From assembly GCA_043800975.1 (NCBI GenBank), contig JAZDMK010000006.1:4678-68677 (forward strand): DNA of 64,000 bases, written 5' to 3'. The notes beneath the pieces were generated by a model. The model searched no databases. It was given only the letters and a program-made list of their open reading frames with translations, and was not told where the DNA came from. The stretch comes from Bacteroidota bacterium (lineage in GTDB: Bacteria; Bacteroidota; Bacteroidia; Bacteroidales; JAHJDW01). Made by a program: the position numbers and the translations under genes. Position 1 is the stretch's first letter. Every line of letters begins with the position of its first letter. This document shows, piece after piece, positions 53,277 to 63,200 of the stretch.

Positions 53277-54855
53277 GATGTTTTTTTTCGCTGAGTGAAA
53301 GGATATCATTTTTTGCAGAAAGAGTAAGGAACACGCTGAAAAAAGCGTAAAACGTAACGCCGGTTGATGTTTCAAGTGTATCTTCAGTAAGCATTGAAAT
53401 TATTAAAATAAGAAAAAACGGAACGTACAGAAAATGTTTTTTTGTATACAATGGATAAAATAAAACGAGTAAAAAAAGCAGAAGCCCGGGAATGCCGAAT
53501 AAAATGGCCATTGTGAGGTATTCATTGTGTGTTTTCAAACGCCATCGGGGTTGGAGTTTTGATTTTGAAATTTCGTATTGATTTTTATAGGCCTGATTAA
53601 TATCACCAGTACCTACGCCAATAATTAAATTGTTTTTAAAAATCTGCCAGCCATTTTTCCAGAATTCGATTCGCATTGTAGCGGAATGTCCGCTTGGATT
53701 TCCATATTGAATGTAATTGTCATATTCCCAAATAAGGCTGTGAATACGGGCTTTCAAGTCGGATTTTTTCATGTACAGAATATTGGCTGTACCATTTTCG
53801 ATTTCATGAATCTCATCATGAGAAAGTGATAAAAATCCAACAGAATCTTTTCGCAATCCTTTTGAAGTCATAAACCGCAGCAGGGTGTAACGAATTCCCT
53901 GGTTGTTATTATCAAGGCTGTCAAAAGGAATATTACTGGAACGTTTCCAGGCGCGTTCCAATTCTTTCCAGGCCATATAACGATATACGAAATATCCGTT
54001 TTCTTTTTCTTTGTTTTCGAGCTTATGCTCATACATTTCTCCGCCTTTCGTATAAAGCGCTGGCATTTTTTCATCCGTTTCGCGCTGAATGTAAAAATCT
54101 GCGATCTGTTTTTTTATATAGAAAAACGAAACAATAACAAGCCCTGTTAAGAGCACTGCCGGAATCGATCGCAGCCAGGGACTTTGAATATTTCTAAATA
54201 AATTAAACACGATGAAAAGTGATAAAATCAGAAGTATCGAAATTCCGGTTACGGACTCAAGCACTACTAAAAACCATAAAAACCAGAGTGCAGGAAGAAG
54301 TAAAAGAATTTTTTTTAAATGGGGTTTGAAAAGTTCATCAAACATGAAGAAGTAATACAATGCAGCAACAGAAAGGCAAACCATCAGGCTTAAGCGGATG
54401 TTTGATATGAAAACAGAAATGTCACGAATGTCGATAATTTCTTTTCCTGTTAAACCCTGATAAACTAAATAACTATACAAAGTGGAAAAGAAAACGGCAA
54501 CAGTAAAAAAGGCAAGCAGTCCTCGAAATACTTTTCTGCATGGGGCTTCAGAAGTCGATAAGATTAATGTTAATATAAATATCGGTGCTTTCACACGAAG
54601 ATCTTTCAGGGCATATGAAAAATCTGTTGTCCAGAGTAATCCAATTACGTGAATAAAATAGAGTGAGAGAAAAATCCACGCAAGGCGGTTTACGCGAAGT
54701 TTATTCCATTTCTCACGAAAGCGGCCTTCAATAAGCCAGTTTCCAGCTAAAATTATTTGTGATATACTGAGAAAAAATTCGGAGAAGGGAAGCCCTGCTA
54801 TTAAAAGCACCAAGCCTGCCACAAAGATCCCGCGGTGAATTTTTTCTCTGTTCAT
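53263..54855 (-). CDS. O-antigen ligase-like (Wzy_C) polytopic membrane protein
   Basis: More than 10 TM segments; ..THNEYLTMAILFGIPGLLLF.. motif. Confidence 0.7.
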   Translation of the reverse strand: MNREKIHRGIFVAGLVLLIAGLPFSEFFLSISQIILAGNWLIEGRFREKWNKLRVNRLAWIFLSLYFIHVIGLLWTTDFSYALKDLRVKAPIFILTLILSTSEAPCRKVFRGLLAFFTVAVFFSTLYSYLVYQGLTGKEIIDIRDISVFISNIRLSLMVCLSVAALYYFFMFDELFKPHLKKILLLLPALWFLWFLVVLESVTGISILLILSLFIVFNLFRNIQSPWLRSIPAVLLTGLVIVSFFYIKKQIADFYIQRETDEKMPALYTKGGEMYEHKLENKEKENGYFVYRYMAWKELERAWKRSSNIPFDSLDNNNQGIRYTLLRFMTSKGLRKDSVGFLSLSHDEIHEIENGTANILYMKKSDLKARIHSLIWEYDNYIQYGNPSGHSATMRIEFWKNGWQIFKNNLIIGVGTGDINQAYKNQYEISKSKLQPRWRLKTHNEYLTMAILFGIPGLLLFLLVLFYPLYTKKHFLYVPFFLILIISMLTEDTLETSTGVTFYAFFSVFLTLSAKNDILSLSEKKHHEKN

Positions 54856-54861
54856 TCCCGT

Positions 54862-56553
54862 CTATTTTTCCTTGTTTTCTGGTTTGTAAGTTCCGTTCAG
54901 GATTGACTGATATAGCGATTTATTATTTAAAACCTCAACAGCTTTTTGAATTTCGTTATCTGTAGAAATGGATGCTTCAATTCTTCCTTTTTGGAAATAA
55001 TAACGTGATACAATTTCATCTTTCAAAAGCATCATGATTTCTTCTTTGAAGCGTTCAATATCTTCATTTTTGTTGTGCATCAGTTTGCTCCGTAAGGATT
55101 CATACTCGGTTTTTATCAGATCGAAATATTTTTCATTTTCTGCAATTTTTTTAAAGTCCTCAATCGCCTTTTCAGATTTTGTTTTGTAATCATAATCTTT
55201 GTCAGAAATGTATTTTACAAATTCATTGTAGATAGCACTGTTGATTTTGAATTCACCGGGTTTGGCAATGGATTTGTTTTCTCTTCGATAGCGAGTTGCG
55301 AATTCAAAAACCAGAAACTTACTCAAGAGGCTTATTGAGATTTCGCTCAGCTTGCGGGGTTCAATAACTACATCGGGTTTAACACCACCGCCATCATAAA
55401 CAATTCTTCCGTTGTGCGTTTTAAAAGGATGCGTAAGGGAATCGACAATTTTTCCAACGCTACCGTCTTCATTGCGGTGTGAATAATCGATTGCCTGAAT
55501 ACAACGTCCACTGGGTATATAATATTTTGCAATGGTAACTTTTACTTTAGTGTTATAGCTGAGCGGAAAAACATTTTGTACAAGTCCTTTTCCATATGTT
55601 CGCTGGCCAATGATGACGCCCCGGTCCAAATCCTGAATGGCGCCGGAAACAATTTCACTGGCTGAAGCACTCCCACTGTTGACAAGAACCACGAGAGGAA
55701 GATCTGTATCGACAGGATTATTAATCGTTGCATGGCTGCGGCATTGTTCTTTCAGGCGGCCTTTGGTATTTACAATCAGTTGTCCCTTTTTCACCCAGAT
55801 ATTACAAATATTAACAGCTTCACGAAGCAAACCGCCGCCATTACCGCGGAGATCAAGAATAACACCTTTCAGTTTCGTTTTTCCTTTCAGTTCATTGAAT
55901 GCATTTTTAACTTCAGTGCCGGCGTTTTCAGTAAAACTGCTGAGGCGAATGTAGCCGATGTCGTCGGATACGATTCCATAATAGGGAATATTATCAATTT
56001 TAATTTCTTCACGAAGGATTGTTTTTTCAATAATTCCTTCGCCTTCGCGTTGGATTTTAATTTTCACTTCAGTCCCGGGTTGTCCTTTCAAAATGGTGCT
56101 TATATCCGAAGTGGATTTTCCTTTTGCAGATTTTCCATTAATCTCAAGAATGATATCACCGGCTCGTAAGTCATTTTTTTGTGCAGGGAAACCTTCGTAG
56201 GGATCGGTGATCACAACGTTGTCGCCTTGTTTTTGAATCATCGCACCTATGCCGCCGTACTGGCCTGTAGTCATGAACATGTAATCTTCAATTTCTGATT
56301 CCGGGATAAAATTTGTGTAAGGATCCAGCGATTCAAGCATTGCCTCGATAGCTGTTTCAACCAGTTTTCCCGGATTTGTTTCATCTACATAACTTTGGTT
56401 TATTTCACGAAACAAGGAAGTGAAAATGTCAAGGTTTTTGGCAATTTCAAAATTATTGTCAACGATACGTGTTGTTGATGATGTGACGAAAACAAGGCCA
56501 ATTGCAAAGAACAGAAGGCGGAATTTAATAACAAACGCTTTAATCTTTTTCAT
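54862..56553 (-). CDS. ctp: S41 carboxyl-terminal processing peptidase with PDZ domain
   Basis: LDLRGNGGG, VLVNSGSASASEIVSGA, GKGLVQ; start trimmed to ATG 56553. Confidence 0.88.
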   Translation of the reverse strand: MKKIKAFVIKFRLLFFAIGLVFVTSSTTRIVDNNFEIAKNLDIFTSLFREINQSYVDETNPGKLVETAIEAMLESLDPYTNFIPESEIEDYMFMTTGQYGGIGAMIQKQGDNVVITDPYEGFPAQKNDLRAGDIILEINGKSAKGKSTSDISTILKGQPGTEVKIKIQREGEGIIEKTILREEIKIDNIPYYGIVSDDIGYIRLSSFTENAGTEVKNAFNELKGKTKLKGVILDLRGNGGGLLREAVNICNIWVKKGQLIVNTKGRLKEQCRSHATINNPVDTDLPLVVLVNSGSASASEIVSGAIQDLDRGVIIGQRTYGKGLVQNVFPLSYNTKVKVTIAKYYIPSGRCIQAIDYSHRNEDGSVGKIVDSLTHPFKTHNGRIVYDGGGVKPDVVIEPRKLSEISISLLSKFLVFEFATRYRRENKSIAKPGEFKINSAIYNEFVKYISDKDYDYKTKSEKAIEDFKKIAENEKYFDLIKTEYESLRSKLMHNKNEDIERFKEEIMMLLKDEIVSRYYFQKGRIEASISTDNEIQKAVEVLNNKSLYQSILNGTYKPENKEK

Positions 56554-56809
56554 ACGAAGTCTTATTGGGTTTGCGAAAAGAAAATTTTTCGGGAACGGGA
56601 TCATACCCACTTCTTCCCCAGGGGTTGCAAGAAAAGATTCGACGGGCTGCCAGGTATGAACCTTGGAAGAGACCGAATTTTTTTAAAACGCCCAGTGCAT
56701 ATACGGAACAGGATGGCTCAAAGCGGCAGCTTGGCGGAAGATAGGGGGATAATGCCAACTGATACAATTTAATCAGGCCTACGAACGGTGCTATCAGAAC
56801 CTTTTTCAT
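56540..56809 (-). CDS. yidD: membrane protein insertion efficiency factor YidD
   Basis: LIKLYQLALSPYLPPSCRFEPSCSVYA....G......L...RI..CNPW. Confidence 0.9.
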   Translation of the reverse strand: MKKVLIAPFVGLIKLYQLALSPYLPPSCRFEPSCSVYALGVLKKFGLFQGSYLAARRIFSCNPWGRSGYDPVPEKFSFRKPNKTSYEKD

Positions 56810-57179
56810 ACTCTTCAATCAGCCGGTCAATCAGCTGATTCATTTTTTGTTCAACTACCGGATAAGCCGGAATGTTTTTATCAAGGTATATTATTGCAAA
56901 GATGCACTTTTTCTTTGTGTTTTCCAATACAGAATAAAGGCGGTGCTTGCATTTTCGGTATGCTTCCTTATTCAGCCGGCGGATGCGGTTGCGGTCGGTT
57001 GCTCTGCGGATCGCTTTGCGCTTATAACTAAAGAGAACCTGAGCCTGTGCAGGAATTTCTTCATCGGTAGCAAGCCATATCATGCGGTACGGATAGATTG
57101 TAACCGAAGAACCCTTACTGAATAATTTCCGGATCAGGTGAAAACGGCAAAGCCTCTCGTCCTTGCTGAACGTGGGCAT
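56769..57179 (-). CDS. rnpA: ribonuclease P protein component
   Basis: FSKDERLCRFHLIRKLF..; RR.RR..KE basic motif; precedes yidD. Confidence 0.88.
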   Translation of the reverse strand: MPTFSKDERLCRFHLIRKLFSKGSSVTIYPYRMIWLATDEEIPAQAQVLFSYKRKAIRRATDRNRIRRLNKEAYRKCKHRLYSVLENTKKKCIFAIIYLDKNIPAYPVVEQKMNQLIDRLIEEYEKGSDSTVRRPD

Positions 57180-57187
57180 CAGCTGAA

Positions 57188-57937
57188 TTATTTTTTATTT
57201 GTTTTTTTCAAGAACTGATCAATGGCCATGGTCATTGAAGGAGCCTGTGGAGTGGGGGCTTCTACATCGAGGCGCAATCCTGCATCAATTACAGCTTTTG
57301 CAGTGGTAGGGCCAAATGCAGCAATCACTGTTGTGTTTTGTTTAAACTTTGGGAAGTTTTTAAACAAAGATTTGATTCCTGACGGGCTGAAAAAAACCAG
57401 CATGTCGTAACCGGGTGTTTCACCCAGATCGGAGAGATCGCTGGCCAGCGTACGATAAATGATGGCCTTTGTGTAATTGATTTTATTTTCGTCGAGCAGT
57501 TTTGAGATTTCCTGCTTGTGAATATCAGAGCAAGGAACAAGAAAACGTTCGGTTTTATGTTTTTTAACGATATCTACGAGATCGGAGAATTTTTGTTTGC
57601 CGTAGAAAATTTTTCGTTTGCGATACACAATAAATTTCTGCAGGTAATAGGCTATCGATTCGGTAACACAAAAATACTTAAGTGTTTCCGGGACAGTTAC
57701 ACGCATTTCAGTACAAATGCGGAAAAAATGGTTTACAGCGTTTTTACTTGTAAAGATAACTGCAGAAAAATCAAGTATTCCGATACGATCTTTTCTAAAA
57801 TCGCGTGAAGGAATACCTTCAATACGGATAAACTGACGAAAGTCAATTTTAACGCAAAACTTTTTAGAAATTTCGAAATACGGATTTTTCTCGGTTTCCG
57901 GTTTAGGCTGTGACACCAGGATGCTTTTAATCTTCAT
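57188..57937 (-). CDS. hemD: uroporphyrinogen-III synthase family protein
   Basis: MKIKSILVSQPKPE.. typical Bacteroidota HemD-like N-terminus; 249 aa. Confidence 0.8.
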   Translation of the reverse strand: MKIKSILVSQPKPETEKNPYFEISKKFCVKIDFRQFIRIEGIPSRDFRKDRIGILDFSAVIFTSKNAVNHFFRICTEMRVTVPETLKYFCVTESIAYYLQKFIVYRKRKIFYGKQKFSDLVDIVKKHKTERFLVPCSDIHKQEISKLLDENKINYTKAIIYRTLASDLSDLGETPGYDMLVFFSPSGIKSLFKNFPKFKQNTTVIAAFGPTTAKAVIDAGLRLDVEAPTPQAPSMTMAIDQFLKKTNKK

Positions 57938-58024
57938 GTTTCCGGACGGTTTGTTGCTTCCTGTAATTAATCAAAAAATGCCATTGTCAGAAGTAAACTT
58001 GTTGAAATAAAAGTTGCAACAGGC

Positions 58025-58894
58025 CTATAAAACTTCTTTTACAATTTTTATAAAAAGGAACAACGGCAAAATTTCGAGGGTGCAAAGATACAAAAACAAT
58101 TGGAATTTGGAAAATTTTGAATTATTCCCAAAAATATTGACTCCCCGCATAATACGATAAAGATAAAGGAGGGCAAATGTACTAAAACAGAAAATAAATA
58201 TAGGAAACTGAAGATCAAAGATCAAAAACCGATTGACAAAAACAAAAGGTGTAATCAACATTCCGAAAAAAAGATTAAAAAGAAAAATCTGAAAAAGGTA
58301 TTCGGAAAATTCCTTTTTCATCTGAATTAAATTGCCAAATACCTTAAAAAGAATGGATTTAAAAAAATAAAGTAAAAAGAAAAAGACAAGGCAACTCAAA
58401 TAAAGTAACACACCGTGAAGGTATGGTATCTGAATATTTTGAAACTGAATAAACTGAAAAACAAGCAATCCGGAAGATGCGAGAAAAAGCAAATACAAAG
58501 GAATTACACCATAGCGCGAAAAGATGGATCCCTCGCGACTTAGTTGAATTAAAAAGCGAACGCCGATAAAGCTGCTCCATAGTTCATGAAGCCGCCGGGA
58601 TGCAATTTTCAGAGCGAAGCAGAAAAATGCCGCAACAAATAAAGCAATTGCCGCCGAGCCATTATCGTTTGCCATAATATTGGATGGCTGATAAGCCTGA
58701 GCAGGAAGATTATGGGGAGAAAAAACAGACTGTGTAAATTGAATTTTTTCCTGTGCTTTAATAAAACCCAGCGTATTTGCATCATGAATTCCCTTGCGTG
58801 AAAATGAATTGGGTACAACAGATGCAGGTGTCCCGTAATAAGAAAGCGGGATTGAATCAAAAACCGGTTTGGTGCAACAGTTAACTAAATTCAT
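58025..58894 (-). CDS. DUF4271-like polytopic membrane protein
   Basis: Six or more TM helices; conserved position next to hemD in Bacteroidota. Confidence 0.6.
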   Translation of the reverse strand: MNLVNCCTKPVFDSIPLSYYGTPASVVPNSFSRKGIHDANTLGFIKAQEKIQFTQSVFSPHNLPAQAYQPSNIMANDNGSAAIALFVAAFFCFALKIASRRLHELWSSFIGVRFLIQLSREGSIFSRYGVIPLYLLFLASSGLLVFQFIQFQNIQIPYLHGVLLYLSCLVFFFLLYFFKSILFKVFGNLIQMKKEFSEYLFQIFLFNLFFGMLITPFVFVNRFLIFDLQFPIFIFCFSTFALLYLYRIMRGVNIFGNNSKFSKFQLFLYLCTLEILPLFLFIKIVKEVL

Positions 58895-59610
58895 CAGGCT
58901 GGCACATCAGGCGGATTTGTTTCCTGCGTTGGTGCAATAGGTCCGTTTTTAAAAGGCGATTTGCGATTCAGAATTTTTATGGCACGAATTGATAATATTA
59001 CACCAACAATAATTGATATAAATGAAATAATGAAAAGACCGGGAATGTTATCCATGAAGAGGAAATAATCGTACAGCCCATGGAAGAATGTTGCAATAAG
59101 CAAGCCTGTGATTAATAGTCCAAGGCTGCGTTCCCTGAATTTCGCAAGTCCTACAAAATAACCCATCATAACAGCCCAGATTGCGTGACCGGGTACAGCA
59201 GTAAATATTCTCAGCAGACCTACTTCCAAACCGCCATCCAAAACATAGAAAACATTTTCTAAGGCAGCAAATCCCATTGAGATCATCACTGCGTAAACAA
59301 TGCCATCAACGGGTTCGTTGAATGCTTTCCTGCGATATGCATATACACGCAAAAAGAAAAACTTGCAGAATTCTTCAGAAAAACCTACGATCACAAAAGC
59401 ATAAACTGCATTGCTAACCCAGTCTCCTTTAACAACTGTATAAATCTCGCTTCCCAAAAGTTCGAGACCAATAGCCGGAAAAATACTGACAACGCCCAGG
59501 AGGAAACTGATCAACAATATTTTTATGGGCTCTTTTTCGTATTTGTCTTTGAAGTAAACAAAGAGAATAATAGCAAGTGCAGGTGCCAGAGCAAGGCCAA
59601 TTAGATACAT
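58894..59610 (-). CDS. PrsW-family intramembrane protease
   Basis: FSEEFCKFFFLR and FHGLYDYF motifs; multi-TM. Confidence 0.8.
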   Translation of the reverse strand: MYLIGLALAPALAIILFVYFKDKYEKEPIKILLISFLLGVVSIFPAIGLELLGSEIYTVVKGDWVSNAVYAFVIVGFSEEFCKFFFLRVYAYRRKAFNEPVDGIVYAVMISMGFAALENVFYVLDGGLEVGLLRIFTAVPGHAIWAVMMGYFVGLAKFRERSLGLLITGLLIATFFHGLYDYFLFMDNIPGLFIISFISIIVGVILSIRAIKILNRKSPFKNGPIAPTQETNPPDVPA

Positions 59611-59748
59611 ATCTTTTTAATTTTGTTTTGTAAAAGTAAAAAGATTCCTGAAAATTTTAATGATTAAAGTAAATTACACATTAAAATTAAAATTGATAAA
59701 ACACTTTAGTATTAGAAATTTTTCAGGAAAAGAAGCATGTAAGTTTGT

Positions 59749-60120
59749 TCAGATCAGACGAAAATCAAACTTAAACACAAATTCATTTCTCGGCTGCTTT
59801 GCATAAATACACATTTTTATGTCTTTCATTTTACTTACTACGTAATCAGAAAGAAGTTGATTGTTTGAATTTAATTCATCCAGTACAAAACTTCCATTTT
59901 CATTAAAAGAAAAACTAATAAGAACAAAGCCCTCTATTCCTTGCTGTTTTGCAAATTCAGGATATAAAACAAGGTTCTGAATCTGTTTTTCAAGTAAAAT
60001 GCGATATTCTGAGTTTTGCGCGGGAGGATTCTTTTCTGGTCCGTCGGCCTTTACATTTGAAAATGAAAAAAGACTCAGAATAGTGATGGCTGCAATAAAT
60101 ATTGAGGTTTTGTATGTCAT
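59749..60120 (-). CDS. small secreted protein, TonB C-terminal-like fold (tentative)
   Basis: Signal peptide; ..YPEFAKQQGIEGFVLISFSFNENGSF.. resembles the TonB_C pattern. Confidence 0.4.
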   Translation of the reverse strand: MTYKTSIFIAAITILSLFSFSNVKADGPEKNPPAQNSEYRILLEKQIQNLVLYPEFAKQQGIEGFVLISFSFNENGSFVLDELNSNNQLLSDYVVSKMKDIKMCIYAKQPRNEFVFKFDFRLI

Positions 60121-60205
60121 AATTTGTATCTCCTATTTTAATTTAGATTAAATCTAAACAAAGGAAAGGATATTTTTATTGTAAAGCAAGTTTTTTAATA
60201 AAAAA

Positions 60206-63200
60206 TTAACGCATTAAATACATCTTCCCGAACTCCTTGGTGAAGTATTGGTCGGCGCCGGTGGACATGCGCTCGATGTTTTGACCGTTGATGTTGGTAA
60301 CAACACGATAGAGATATATGCCGTTGGCCAGGCGGTCGCCCCATTGGTCGGTACCGTCCCAGGTATAGTCAGTAATATTTCTTCCAATACGGATGGATCC
60401 CAGTTCATCGAGACCAATTTCGCGCACAACTTTCCCCGTAATTGTAAAAATCTGAATTTTAAAATAGGAGGGAAGTTCAGAGCCTGTTAGCGTAAACACA
60501 AAATGCGTGCGGGTTGTGAATGGATTGGGCCAGTTGAGCACATTGGTAATCATGGATTTGTTGATTACTTCAAAACTGATTTTGTATTCATAATCGCCCG
60601 AGAAATTCTGAGAAACATCTTTCGACTGAACCAGCAGCTGATAGGTTCCGTCGACCGGAAAGAGTGCGTTCCATTCTACTTTGCACAGGTTTTCGGGAAG
60701 TGTGGCGGGAAAAAATTCCAGTATCCCGTTATTCTGAATGTTGAAATAAACCCTGTGTGCGGCAGATTCGCCGGGTGCTTGCAGGTAAATGCGGAACTGG
60801 GTTGTGTCGCTGTCTTTGGTAGGCCCTAAAAATATGTTTTCATCTTTCATGCGTATCTCGATCAGAGGCTTTGCAGAAACAATATCGCCGTCGAGTATGT
60901 GTTGCCCGTCGAACGTGACATCCAGAATGGGATTTATTTTATCGTTGATGACAAAAAACGGCAGCTGCCCGATGTTGTTGAAATGATATTGCTCCAACTG
61001 ATCGTTGAAAGGGTTTACCTCGATCCATAAAATATTTGCACCGACATAATATTGGGAAGAAAAAGAAATGCTGTCGATGAGAATATCGCCGGCAGGATGG
61101 GGCCGCAGCCGATGATCGGCAACAATGTGTGTATTTTTACTGGCATCAATGACATAATAAATAATCCGGAGACTATCCATGTCGTATGTGCTGATGTTGT
61201 GCGTGGCAATGGAGAGGCGGACTTTGTCGCCTTCAAACAGTGTATCGTTGTGATAGGTAAAATGCAGGGAGGGATCGAGAGCGGTTTCGGGAACGCCTTC
61301 AAACAGTACCTGCCAGCGTTTCATTTGCGAAGGCGTTCGCAGGGAGTCGTCAGTCATTTCGGCCACCAGCTTGAGTGTGGTATAGATTTGTGCATCAATC
61401 CGATTGTACAGATTATAGATATCCCCTGAATCGACAGGCAGTTCATGGATGAGCGTATCCATGGAACCATTTTGTTTGATTCCAATTACACTTAATTTGA
61501 TGGTATCCACATTAACGGGATCGTTCGAAAACCGTTTCCAGTGGAGGGAATTCCATTTGGTGGCCGGCCCTACTATTTCGGAAACGATATTTCCTTTTTT
61601 CCAGTTCGTGGTTATGCTGTCGTTTAAAGAAATTACATCGGCTGATGTATTACCCAGCACTTCGTGCGCCTGCCCCGGATAGCCTTTTCTTCCGAACAAA
61701 AGATAAGGCTTATCGTTTTTTACTGTACTGATATCCGGAATAAAAATGCTGCCCACTGAAGCAAAAGCATTTCGCAGGTTCAGATCAAAATTATCTGCAT
61801 TTATGTTGCGGTGGCTGTATGCCAAGACATAATATCCGGTGGGAATTGTATCGAGGAAATGTTTGATGCGATTATGCCAGTCGGAAGTAGTAATGCTACC
61901 ATACAAGCTGCTCGATGGTTCCTGAATTGTAAAAAAATCAAACCAGTAAATACCGGTACTATAAGGAGTGCAATGAGCATCATTATACATTCCGATCATT
62001 TGATCAGGAGGAACATTATTATTCCATAATTGACAACTAACTGGATTGATTACGGCAAAACGTATCCCGTTACCCACATCCTGTGCACAATGCCAGAGGC
62101 CGATCAGTGACCCGTTCATTTTCATCCATTCTTCCTGCCACTGAATGCTGATGGGGTATATGCCGGTTTGCATCAGGATAGATTTGATATCATTGAAGAA
62201 ATCAAACCTTCGCATGCTGCGGTTAAACTTTACATAGGTATAATCGTCGTTTTTAAACTGAAAAAAATGTGCCTGACCCCAGCCCCATTTGGTTGGTACG
62301 TATTGGAAAGAGCTTTCCTTCCAGTTATAATAACCGCCGCCTGTTGCAGAATCGGGGCTGACGCGCCAGTAATAAACGGTGCTGTCGGTAAAAGAGAAAG
62401 GAGGTGTCCACTCCACAACGCCACCACTGTGGCTGATCAGCGTGCTTTGTAAAAAGGGTGAATTAAAAGTATCGGTAGTGTCTATTTGAAAAACATAGGA
62501 GCGCATTGCAGCGAAAGGGTTGCCGGTGCTGGCTTTCAGAGTAATGGTAGAAGAAGGAATTACGGCGTACTGATAAGGATAAACAGGATAGATATCTGCC
62601 GTCATGATGTATGTGCCGACAGTAACGGAATTATTACTTTCATTGAGTTCATCAATATTATTAAAGGCATCAAGCGTTATTGTAAAACTGTTGTATCCTA
62701 CGCCCCGAATCTGGTTTACTGCGAAGGAAACAAAATACTGCGTTGTATTCAGGGGAGCATTCACCATTTTGGAAACCATCTCAGTTGTTCCGTCGGGGAA
62801 AGTTCTCCTGATGGTAAGCATGTATAAATCGTTGATTGCCCTGCCGATGTTGTGTGCATTAACGAGAATGTTGAAAGAGTCTCTTTCGGTAGAGATAAAT
62901 GGTGGATCAAAAATAACATCTGAAGCGGAAAGCGTATAATCGGGTTTTATAAAATTGTGAATTTTAATTGCCGGATCTCCATGCAGTGTCATTCCCAGAC
63001 AAACGTCTTTTTTAGAGGGGTAAAGTGTTTGAACTGTTTTGATCGTATGCTTAATCTGTTCCCCTAAAGATTTTCCATAGTGAATATGTGAAAATTCATC
63101 ATACAGGTTGGAGGAATAAAAGAAAAGATCAGAAATTAGAGATTGAGAAATAGAGGAAAGATAAGCAATAGCTCCTTTATTCTCAATAATGACAAAATGT

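Noticed and set aside
59645-59729. The inverted repeat TTCCTGAAAA / TTTTCAGGAA separated by ~65 nt, as a terminator after the TonB_C-like gene
   Set aside because: The loop is far too long for an intrinsic terminator, and the arms are AT-rich and only 10 bp long. I noted it but did not annotate it.
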